Shown: piece by piece, positions 45,219 through 54,968 of the stretch
Layout: every line of letters begins with the position of its first letter
Numbering within the stretch: the first letter of the stretch is position 1
NCBI GenBank assembly: GCA_946965045.2
Contig: OX337241.1
Coordinates: 248,001-312,000 of the forward strand
DNA from: Epithemia pelagica
Lineage: Eukaryota; Protista; Bacillariophyta
Direction: 5' to 3'
DNA: 64,000 nt
Program-made: the position numbers and the translations under genes
The notes under the pieces: generated by a model
What the model was told of the DNA's origin: nothing
Database searches by the model: none
Seen by the model: only the letters and a program-made list of their open reading frames with translations

Positions 45219-46135
45219 TTTGGTTATCCCAATCAACAAAACAATTTTCAATGGACGACAAACGATATCATTGTTGGATCGGTGATAGAACGAAGCAAGG
45301 TTTTCGATAAAGTCCCGAGTGAGAAATGAAAAGAGATTTGTTTTGTTAAATAAGCACGTAAATTAAAAAAAGATGATGTGAGGGCTTCAATTTGTTCATT
45401 CATTTATGCTGTCATGCGCAAATGATTGTTGCTGCTGAGGCAGTGTTGCTCAATACCAGCCTGTCCAGATAATTGATGAAAGAGGCAGAATGACAAGAAT
45501 CTTCTGCTTCTACGAAAAAGTGTTTTCCTCTCATCCTTGTCGTTTCTCTGCGGTTCTTTGCTTGCCTTGTCGGAGGATCTGTTTCCGTGGAATGGCACTG
45601 GGAGTTTGTAAGGGAGGAATATCTACCTAGGCGTGCCACGCGTGACGACTATAGTGTTGTTTTCCTTACTAGCGAGTAAAGAAAAGGACTCTTGTTGCAA
45701 AAATTGTGTGTCTACGGTGTTAGGTACTACGTCTTCGTTCCTTACTGTCATCGATGCGTTGAATCGTTGGTGGAGACGTTGTGTCACCAATTTGGGCGAC
45801 GAGATGTGTTAAGGACGGACCTGCCATCGTTCGTGGGATACCGCTGCCTCTAAGTATCTTCTGAGTCACTTAGGGCCATGGACCGTTATGACAATGGTCA
45901 TGGGATCCCGTCCTTAAGAACGACAATCGTTACATAGGCATTGTCAATCGTTACATAGGCATCGTCGCCTGGATCCATCGTCCGTCGTTTTGCGTTTTGT
46001 GAAAGGCGGTTCGATGATGCGTTGGGCCTAATGGAGTCATGAGGTTTGCGTCTGCGGTCCCCCAAGGTCCCCATCAGTGACATATGCCCGCATGTACAAT
46101 ATTCGAACACTCCCTCACGCAGCGTGAAAATCTGA

Positions 46136-49100
46136 CTACCAGCCCATAATACGCGTGCGATGCCGCTCGAACGTCTCTTTATCCAGTGCTTTGGTAAAGA
46201 TATCCGCGGTCTGCAACTCCGTATCGCAAGGGAGGATCGTAATCTCTTTCTTCTCGACATAGGACTTGAAATGAAATAGCTTGGTACAGAGGTATCGCGT
46301 GCGTGGTCGATACTTATAGACCGTAGCCAATTCGTAAGCTCCGTTATTGTCTTCAAAAGCTCGACAATGTACTCTGGGTTGTGTTGACAGAACAGGGAAG
46401 CCGAGTGATTTCATCTCTTTTGTAATGTTCATAAGTGGAATGACTGTACGCAATGAAGTAGAGAGGCTGATAATTTCCGCTTCCGTTGTGGACAGTGCAA
46501 TCTCGGACTGTAACTTTGATGCCCACACTATGGGACAACCTCCATAAAAGATGACATATCCGGAACGGGATCGGGCCATATCTGATCGTGGTATATCTGT
46601 CTTGTTGAAGTTGCCACAAAAATCGGCATCGGCATAAACGTCGAAATTTTCTTTGTCCTGTGGTTTGAGCACTAGTCCTCGTGACCGTGTACCAGCGAGG
46701 TAGCGCCCAATCTGCTTTACTGCTCGTCCGTGTACCTGCTTTGGATTCGCGGAAAAGCGTGCACATTGATGTACTGCGTAGGATATATCAGGTCGTGTAC
46801 TTTTCTCGAGGAAATTCAGTTTCCCGATGACCGAGCGATAGTTGAAGTGCCCATCAAAAGGGTCCCCATCATCATCGGCGCGCATCTTCACTGTGGTTGC
46901 TGCCGGCACGTCGCGAGTATTCGTGTCCGCTGGTAATCGTAGATCATCAAGGATAGCGTCGATCAAGCGAGTCTGGGAGAGGTGAAGATGTCCGGTCTCT
47001 TGTTTTGTAATATTGACCCCAAGAAAATCTTCTACCCCGTCTTCATATGTAATCTTAAGCCCAATGTCCTGCATCTGAGTGATAATGTCGTCGAGCTCTT
47101 GTGGATCAGGCCCTGTCAAGATGGAGTCATCTGTGTACAAGATATAGAGGCTGCGTCCTTTGTAGAAGACACATTCATCATGATCACTCTGTTTGAATCC
47201 CACTTGTTCCAATTGCTGTACTAGGTGTTTATTCCAGACACGCGCGGCCTGTTTCTGACCGTAGTAATTCCGTTTAATCTTGAGAACAAAATCTTCGGCT
47301 CGTTGTTTTCCGGTCGTGTCGAATGTAAACCCTCTAGGTGCCTCCATGTACATATCAGTTTCCGCCACGGCTTGAGTATAGGCGAGGACATAGTCTATCT
47401 GCTTCATCGCCCATCCTTGCGAAATAGCCGTCGTTAAGACATAGCGGACCACAGGCCATTGGACTACGGGAGCATAAGTCTCCCAATAGTTCACTCCTTT
47501 GGTCTGTCTTGATCCATCAAATGCCAAGCGTGACTTCCATTTATAGATTTCACCTGTCTGCAGTTTCCGCTTCCGGACACAACTCCATACTGCTCTAGTC
47601 ACATAGCTACCCGGTGGTATATCTTGTCGTCGAACCACTTCCCAGAGACCGTTTGCGGTGTGATCCTGGACCTCCTTTTGGGCAGCCTTTATAAATTCCA
47701 ATCGATCTGGTTGTCGCATGGCTTCGTGCCAATACATGACATCTGGATTTGCTTGGGCCTGTGCGGTCATGGAGATCAACCCAGGTAACGTCACTGCCAG
47801 CTCACCTAGAGGATCTAGGTCGTCCCCCAAGGAATCCATATAGTCTTGATATCGCATAGTTGGTTTGGGTTGTCGTTGTGACCTGCGGACTCCAAAGGCT
47901 CCCTCATTTGTCGGCTGGATTAGCTCTTCGTTGTCGATTGGTAACGGAACTATAGGTGGCTCCTCTAGGGTAGAATTGTGATCTACCTCCCTCATTTGTG
48001 AGGGTAGTTGTGAGTCACGTGTGTCGGTAGTGTGGTGATCTGGTTGGGACTGATCCATGGTTTTACCCTTGCGGAACCCGACCTTCTGCTGCCAGTAGGA
48101 GACAGGTTGTGCTTCCCCGAAACTACGTCGCATAGTCTCAAAACGGTCATCATATTGAACATGGAATTGGGGAGAAGATAAACCGGAGGACAATGAGAGA
48201 ATAAGCCCCACGGTTCTTGAATGTTGGGCAGAGTATCCCAAGAAGATACCAACCCGAGAGCGTTCGGACCATTTGGGAATCCCTTTTCCTGATTGTAGAG
48301 CATTGTCTAAGACATAACTTGGGCATCCAAATGTGTGCGCATGTCGCAAGTTGAATCGTGCTGGAGAACCAGAGAAGAGTTCCAAAGGCGTCGTTTTCTT
48401 ATGTTTCGCCATAGGTGCAGAGTTGAAGATATCCGATGCATAGCGTACTGCATAGGGCCAGAGGTTCGGAGTAATAGCAGAGGGCCATCGACGATGTGCA
48501 TGGAGTAGCATAGTCCGTGCTGAATCTTGTAGGTCCCTTATGCGCCTCTCAGCCATACCGCTCTGAAAATGCGCGTTGACGCCGCTGAACGTCAAGCGCT
48601 GTCCTTTGTCTCGCACTGCTTTGCGAAATTGGTTGTCAGCAAAAATGCCGTTGTCTGCATGATAGTGCATGATTGCGACCCCGTGCGTATCCGCCCATGC
48701 TTCAAATCGCTCCTTAGCTTCGATGGTATCTGCAGCCGACGTCGATCGTTGTAGGTGGACGTATCCTATACCAGAGTAGTGGTCCACGAAAACAGTCGCT
48801 ACCCGATATCTATCGCGTGTTGGAGTACCTCGTAAGTGGGCAATATATCCTGGTGTTGTTGATATTAGTTGGTCGACCGATACACATTGGCCTGGACGAG
48901 TCATAACATCCAGTGTACCCCTTGTACCTTTCACTCGCCATGGTTTCTTCGTCGCTTTCCCGTACATACAGGCTGTACATGCTGGAACAGCGCATGAACC
49001 AAGTCGCTTGGGCAATTCACCTCGTCGTGCCATTTCTTGAATCTTAGCAAATGACAGATGGCCGAGCCGATGATGAACGCGTAGGAGTTCAACCGTCGGG

Positions 49101-50065
49101 TTTTCGATTGGCACTTCTTCTTCATTGGGAATCACATGTACCACTTTTTCATCTTCGAAGAGAAAATCCGTGGTGATGGGCTGATCCCGTTGTGGAAAAT
49201 ACTGTTCGTTGTGCTCGTCATCCATGTCAAATTCTACATCGTTGGAATCTTGTTCGATCTGGGCGCTTGGTGAGTTCTCATTGATGCTTTCGTCATCCTC
49301 GATCAGATTCGCATGACTAACGATCGGTGGATTCTCATCTTCTTCCTCCGGTGTCGCGTGTACTTTGCAGCAGAAAGCATGGAACTTGAGCATACCGTTT
49401 GCAGTGTACAGTTGTCCCACGTTTGTCCCTCTTCGATTGAGTGGGATGGTTCTCGTATATTCGCGTTGGTTCCATTCGAGAATGATGTTGTCAGCTGTGG
49501 TGATGCAGCGAGTGCCATCTGGATTCGGCTTGTGGTCTTTGGCTACTTGTGCCCAGTGTTGGGGAGAGAAAAGTCTGTTGGAGGTCGATGGTATGTAGAA
49601 TGATCGAGGCAGGACGAATGTATGGATGGCACCGTTGTCGTCTTCGAAGTGCCACTTGATCGTCGTGGAGTAGATTTCCGTTTTGAACAATCCTGCAATG
49701 CCCTTGATCTTTCTTCTTACGGGCTGGATTGCTGTTATGCAGTCGGTGATATCGTTTGTGATAGACGATGTTGCACAGTTGTCAACAAACACGGGCTGGC
49801 TATCGGAGTCGAACTTGACTTGATGTGCTGCGGCTGGTTTGCCTGTTATCGGAGCTGCGAGTATTGTTGCCATGCATAACATTCGCATTGTTTGTCTATT
49901 CCATCTTGGTTTCTTTGTTTGTCTTCGTATCCTGTTGCTATTGCATGTTGGTGTTAGAAACCATAGCTTAGGCCGCAGACTCGTCTTGTCATCTTGGGAA
50001 GGGTTAGCCGACCTAACATCATCATCACTATATACTAGGACAGACATGTAGAGGATTGTTGTCAC
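46136..50065 (-). CDS. pol: Copia Pol polyprotein (protease, integrase, reverse transcriptase, RNase H); true start uncertain
   Basis: FVDNCATS (protease), HHRLGH...CTAC (HHCC zinc finger), SVDQL/ADNG/AERRIRDL (DDE), QIDYVLAY and LYTDDSI (RT), YADADF/STTEAE/FEDN/ADIFTK (RNase H). Confidence 0.95.
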   Translation of the reverse strand: MTTILYMSVLVYSDDDVRSANPSQDDKTSLRPKLWFLTPTCNSNRIRRQTKKPRWNRQTMRMLCMATILAAPITGKPAAAHQVKFDSDSQPVFVDNCATSSITNDITDCITAIQPVRRKIKGIAGLFKTEIYSTTIKWHFEDDNGAIHTFVLPRSFYIPSTSNRLFSPQHWAQVAKDHKPNPDGTRCITTADNIILEWNQREYTRTIPLNRRGTNVGQLYTANGMLKFHAFCCKVHATPEEEDENPPIVSHANLIEDDESINENSPSAQIEQDSNDVEFDMDDEHNEQYFPQRDQPITTDFLFEDEKVVHVIPNEEEVPIENPTVELLRVHHRLGHLSFAKIQEMARRGELPKRLGSCAVPACTACMYGKATKKPWRVKGTRGTLDVMTRPGQCVSVDQLISTTPGYIAHLRGTPTRDRYRVATVFVDHYSGIGYVHLQRSTSAADTIEAKERFEAWADTHGVAIMHYHADNGIFADNQFRKAVRDKGQRLTFSGVNAHFQSGMAERRIRDLQDSARTMLLHAHRRWPSAITPNLWPYAVRYASDIFNSAPMAKHKKTTPLELFSGSPARFNLRHAHTFGCPSYVLDNALQSGKGIPKWSERSRVGIFLGYSAQHSRTVGLILSLSSGLSSPQFHVQYDDRFETMRRSFGEAQPVSYWQQKVGFRKGKTMDQSQPDHHTTDTRDSQLPSQMREVDHNSTLEEPPIVPLPIDNEELIQPTNEGAFGVRRSQRQPKPTMRYQDYMDSLGDDLDPLGELAVTLPGLISMTAQAQANPDVMYWHEAMRQPDRLEFIKAAQKEVQDHTANGLWEVVRRQDIPPGSYVTRAVWSCVRKRKLQTGEIYKWKSRLAFDGSRQTKGVNYWETYAPVVQWPVVRYVLTTAISQGWAMKQIDYVLAYTQAVAETDMYMEAPRGFTFDTTGKQRAEDFVLKIKRNYYGQKQAARVWNKHLVQQLEQVGFKQSDHDECVFYKGRSLYILYTDDSILTGPDPQELDDIITQMQDIGLKITYEDGVEDFLGVNITKQETGHLHLSQTRLIDAILDDLRLPADTNTRDVPAATTVKMRADDDGDPFDGHFNYRSVIGKLNFLEKSTRPDISYAVHQCARFSANPKQVHGRAVKQIGRYLAGTRSRGLVLKPQDKENFDVYADADFCGNFNKTDIPRSDMARSRSGYVIFYGGCPIVWASKLQSEIALSTTEAEIISLSTSLRTVIPLMNITKEMKSLGFPVLSTQPRVHCRAFEDNNGAYELATVYKYRPRTRYLCTKLFHFKSYVEKKEITILPCDTELQTADIFTKALDKETFERHRTRIMGW

Positions 50066-50266
50066 TAGTAATATATAGATGAGCTGCTCGACCGTCTTGT
50101 AGAACAGCCCGAGGAATGACCTCGGGTCTCGTTGTCACTCTTCGTCAGAAGATTCTTCTTGGGCCGGTAGATCAGCTAGAGCACTCGCGAGGCGAAGGGC
50201 AGGAGTTGTACCATCATTGTTCTTCTCGGCATGAGCTAGATCATAGGCCTTCTTTTTCTCGCCGGT

Positions 50267-51376
50267 TCAGCCCCGTCCGTTGCACGTGTCGGAAGTGTGT
50301 TTCTTGTTAAGTGACCATTTTTCATGCCACTTACACCAATAGTACATTTTTCCGTTGACTTCTTTTACTTCTGGGCCTCCCTCATGTGGCCCAATGGTGA
50401 GCCACGATTCTTTTGCTGATTCTTTGGTCTTTTGCTCGCCCTGTTTGGATCCCTTGGTCGTGGACAGCGGGGCTGTTTTTCCTTTCTCCATCTTCTTGAC
50501 TTTGGCCTCAAGGGCAATAATCTTCTGGTCACGTTCGGATAGAGCCTGCCATTTCTTCGCTTCTACCAGGCCTTGGTACTTGAGACGGGCCCAATCCATG
50601 AGTTGCGTCGCCGAGAGATTCGGAGAATCTCCTTCTTCGTATGCGTTCTTCCGACGACGGATCATCTCCAAGAAGTTCTCATCATTCACAGTCTCATAAG
50701 CTTTGAAAAGGTTAGGGAGTAAGTCCAGCGTTCGTTCACCGCGGGCATGCAAACCTTGAAGAGTAGCCTTCACATAGGAGTTGAACTTGATGATGTCACC
50801 GTTGAAGTCTGCAATATGAATATGCAGATCGGACAAGCGCTGGCGAAGTACCATCACGGTCGCCTCGGTATCCACATACGCGAGGGAAATGATCACTTTG
50901 AGAAGGAGTGGACCACTGCCAACGTCGTCGATAATAAAGTCTTCGCGTCGTAGGTTTACTTGCGCCTTCGCATCTTCGTTGAGCGACGCCATCAAACACA
51001 TGTAGGACATATAGGAATTCTGAGAAATCCTGTTCTGTCCGATGAAACTATCGACGTAGGTGCGAACCTGGGCGAGCGAGACGCGACCGTAGGCTTGAGT
51101 CAAGAGATGCGTAGGTGCTGGTGGCGGTGCTGGTCCAGCTGCTGGAGGAACCACAATGTGTTCGGGAATGGAAAAGGTGCTGGTCCAAGACTGTTCGACG
51201 ATCCGATCTTGGAATGAGTCGAGAAACGTCTTCAGCCCTTCCGCGTGGAGATCGTAGAGATCACCACCGTCAAAGAGTCCAGTCGTTGCCTGCTTGTAGA
51301 GCTTTGCTCCAGCTGCCGTTGCAAAGTTGACGATGTTGTTCGCGTTTGCGTTAGCGGGAGAGATTGCGAAAGCCAT
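50267..51376 (-). CDS. gag: Copia Gag (369 aa to the first TGA; the frame continues 44 codons to a second TGA at 50135-50137)
   Basis: ATG just inside the 5' LTR. CoDi-like motifs GPLLLKVII, FNSYVK and LFKAY, and a C-terminal YYWCKWHEKW..HTSDTC zinc knuckle. Confidence 0.88.
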   Translation of the reverse strand: MAFAISPANANANNIVNFATAAGAKLYKQATTGLFDGGDLYDLHAEGLKTFLDSFQDRIVEQSWTSTFSIPEHIVVPPAAGPAPPPAPTHLLTQAYGRVSLAQVRTYVDSFIGQNRISQNSYMSYMCLMASLNEDAKAQVNLRREDFIIDDVGSGPLLLKVIISLAYVDTEATVMVLRQRLSDLHIHIADFNGDIIKFNSYVKATLQGLHARGERTLDLLPNLFKAYETVNDENFLEMIRRRKNAYEEGDSPNLSATQLMDWARLKYQGLVEAKKWQALSERDQKIIALEAKVKKMEKGKTAPLSTTKGSKQGEQKTKESAKESWLTIGPHEGGPEVKEVNGKMYYWCKWHEKWSLNKKHTSDTCNGRG

Positions 51377-52039
51377 GGCAGACGATGGACGTGTGCTGTC
51401 TAAAGCGCAGAGGAAGCGTGTTGTTTTCCTTACTAGCGAGTAAAGAAAAGGACTCTTGTTGCAAAAATTGTGTGTCTACGGTGTTAGGTACTACGTCTTC
51501 GTTCCTTACTGTCATCGATGCGTTGAATCGTTGGTGGAGACGTTGTGTCACCAATTTGGGCGACGAGATGTGTTAAGGACGGACCTGCCATCGTTCGTGG
51601 GATACCGCTGCCTCTAAGTATCTTCTGAGTCACTTAGGGCCATGGACCGTTATGACAATGGTCATGGGATCCCGTCCTTAAGAACGACAATCGTTACATA
51701 GGCATTGTCAATCGTTACATAGGCATCGTCGCCTGGATCCATCGTCCGTCGTTTTGCGTTTTGTGAAAGGCGGTTCGATGATGCGTTGGGCCTAATGGAG
51801 TCATGAGGTTTGCGTCTGCGGTCCCCCAAGGTCCCCATCAGTGACATATGCCCGCATGTACAATATTCGAACACTATAGATGAACGCTTAAGGGAGGACG
51901 TCGACAATGCAAAACATCTACGTGTCACTCAAAGCATGAGACCCTGTTCTAGTTTACCATGTCCGATCTTCAGACCGAAACTCGAATGCTTTGCGCCATG
52001 AAGTTTACCACGCCATTGATCGCCATGCTCATCCAACAT

Positions 52040-54078
52040 TCAGCCAAAAAACTCGTGATCCAGAGACTCTGCTGCAGACAGGCGCTTCGCTGGATCCTCT
52101 TGCGTTTGTGTGTGTACGTAACGATGGCCATTAATGTCCAGCTGGTTCCACTGCTCAACTAGCTTTCCAAATTGCCACATATCACATGCTTTCGTCCAAG
52201 ACCCCCCCGATTCAACCACAACAAGCTCTGGTGGAAGCAAATTGGGGTTGTAGTCTTCCAAATCTAAATCAATCCTGTTTGCCCATTCTAGGTCCATCAA
52301 GTACCACCTACTGTCCGCAAACATGACGTTTGCGGGTCGAATGTCTCTATGGACCCATCCATGGTCGTGGAGCCAACGAAGGGCTGAAAGGACTTGGCGT
52401 CCAGCATTCTTTACCTCTGCAACATTTCGAGGCGATTTGCCACAATATCCGACAGGACTAATTTGTAACGTCAACCAGCCTCTCCTGGAAAATTTCCACT
52501 TCTCGACTGATATCAAACTAGGCACCTGCATTTTTTGAATTTCTCCGTACAGTTCTTCCAGGACAGCGTCATTAGTAAAGTGACAAGTTTTCTTCACCAC
52601 AAAGAAACCAAGAATGCTTACGTCACTGGACTGCGTTTTAATTCGGTCTCCAAGTTTTATCACATTTCCCACTGGATACTCCTCCTCCAATGACAACAAA
52701 ACTCGCGAGATATTCACGGCGTACCTTACGCAGAGGCTTCTCCCCCCAATGGTGGCCAGATCAACCTGCGGTGCTATCGAAGTAAGTTTGCTGTCGTCCC
52801 GATTGATGGCCCAGAATTCCAGAATGTTCCCCCCGCAAGCATAACAGATCAGATATGGCACACCTCCGAAATAGGCGTCAGAAAAACAATTTAGTTTTGT
52901 CACGAGCTCATCTCTGGCCGCCTGTATCTCACCCGGGGTCGCCTTGTCCTCTCCCTTGAAAGCCAGGACGCCCGAGGGCAACCAGACAAGCACGTCTGGC
53001 CGCAAGTTGGATACTGTAGCACCACTGTGGTCAACTCCGTTTCGATTCATTCTGAAAGAGCACCTTGCATATCTGCCGATTTTAGACATGATCCCTAAGA
53101 CGAGGTTATCAATCGGCGAATGCACGCTGTCTTCATTATCACCATATTTTTGGAGAGAATGGACAGCATCTCTGACCAAACCAAGCTCAGGAATAAGTAC
53201 AGAATCCTCTAGCGCCGAAGATGAAATAACGTCATCTATCGGACGGTCGGAGATAGAGACAGGGTGTGCGGAGGGCAATGCTCTAGGTAATGGTGCCTGC
53301 ACGACACGCCCCAGATCGTCGATTCCAGGAACGGGTGGGATATTTTGACACCAAGCTTCCAGTATTTCCTCAGATTGGATGTTGATTTGATCGTGCTGAC
53401 GCGCGGCGAAGCCAGAGGCGGAGTTATGATTGCTGGGCACCTTGGCATACACAACAAACTATATTAGAAAAACAAATAATGTGTCATGACATTGACATAC
53501 GGACCATCTCTTCTCCATACCAGCTCGTCCAGATAATTGATGAAATAGACAAAGAGATTCGAATCTCAAAATCGAATACAGATACACAATCAAAAATTCA
53601 AACTCACTTGTGCCTCCTTTTCTTCGCTGGTTCTTTCTGCCTTTCGGAGACGAATAATATATTGATTGAGTCTCTTTCGCGCAAAGAAATCGGTAACATT
53701 TAATGCTTCATATACTTCAGTCATATCTTCATTTTCAGGATCAAATTGCTCAAGGGGTATGCCAGTACCAGATCCATCTTTATATGCTGCAGCTGCTTTA
53801 TTCCATCGCCGTTCCTCATCTGTTGTTTGCGAGATTCCAAAATCGCGAAGAAGCTGCCCTCGTTCCGCTATTGAGAGCCTGTTGTATTCGGCCTTGGTAG
53901 TAATGTTGGATAACCATTGACGAAATTCTGGCTGGGCGAGGCTCCAATAATCAGGCGCATGGCGTGCACCACCTCGTCCTCGCCCGCGACCCATCCCGCT
54001 CCTTCGCCCTCGCCCTCCTCCTTTTGCTGGACTAGAATCTCTTTTGTCACCCTCCGCTTTGTCGTCTCTGTCTGCCAT
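52040..54078 (-). CDS. Crinkler-like REase-fold plus kinase protein; exons 53608-54078 and 52040-53458, 629 aa
   Basis: Donor GTGAGT at 53607 and acceptor CTAATATAG at 53459 join the exons in phase 0. RPDVLV...FKGEDKA (PD-(D/E)xK-like), then WVHRDIRPANVM and LMDLEWA kinase motifs. Confidence 0.8.
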
Positions 54079-54968
54079 GGCGCCACTTACAGAAAGTTGA
54101 GGTTGCCGTGTGGGGAATTTGCCCGAATGAGACAGAGGATCCCTTATCCATCCACCAGCACCAGGGTATTCTTGGAGGAAAACGCCGCAGTCCTCGTCTC
54201 CGACGAGCCATTTCAAGTTGTTGTTTTTTGTTGAAGAGGTAGTTCCCCTCGTTGAGTATTAGATCCTTGTTCGCCAAACGAATAGGTGTGGCTGGCGGTT
54301 GGCGGTTAGCGAAACTTCTTTTTCGCGAAAGGCGCGCCTGTGGCCCCACCCGTCTGCCCATCGATCGTCGTGACGGAAAAGGCGATGATCCGAGAACATC
54401 TCCAGACGCATTGCCAATCACCGCAGAAGCCATCCTAAAGATCCTATTATGAAAGCTTTTGTGTCTGTGTCGGTAGGTGGATGATAATGATACTACTAGG
54501 ATATAACATCATCTTCCATTCGATCCATCCATCCACAATAGCATCATCATCATCATCAAGACAAAACACAAGATGACACAGAGCCAACACAGAAAAAGAC
54601 TGAATGAAGCACGCCATTCTTCGGTCCGCGCAACGCATGGATTCGTCCGACAACGATCAAGGAGGGAGGACGACTACTGTGGTCGACGAAAACAAAATCA
54701 GGATCCCTATCATTACTCTTGTCGTGGGACCCATCCGCTGCATCATGACGACGGCCATGACAGGCAAGGGTGGTCGTCGTTGTCAGCAGACAAGAATCGT
54801 TGGATCCAGTGGCTGTTGCGAACTGCAACAAGAATTCGTTCTACACAACGACCGTTGCTGCAACGACAACCACCATCCAAGGATGAGAATTTCCATGACC
54901 AAAACGCTGTGTTCCAGACGTTGGCTGGTCCGCAACGGATGCGGCGGCGGTCTTGGAATTGGCACGGC

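Larger units (their letters stand above)
45655..51873 (-). mobile_element. Ty1/copia LTR retrotransposon (CoDi-like), 6219 bp, recent insertion
   Basis: Two 455-bp TG...CA LTRs (45655-46109, 51419-51873), identical on visual comparison. CTATAG flanks both sides. Purine tract GAGGGAG next to the 3' LTR. gag followed by PR-INT-RT-RH. Confidence 0.97.

Noticed and set aside
54573-54968. First 132 codons of the PPR ORF as coding
   Set aside because: A signal-peptide-like segment starts at M54969 (or M54939); the upstream part is probably UTR or promoter, though not proven.
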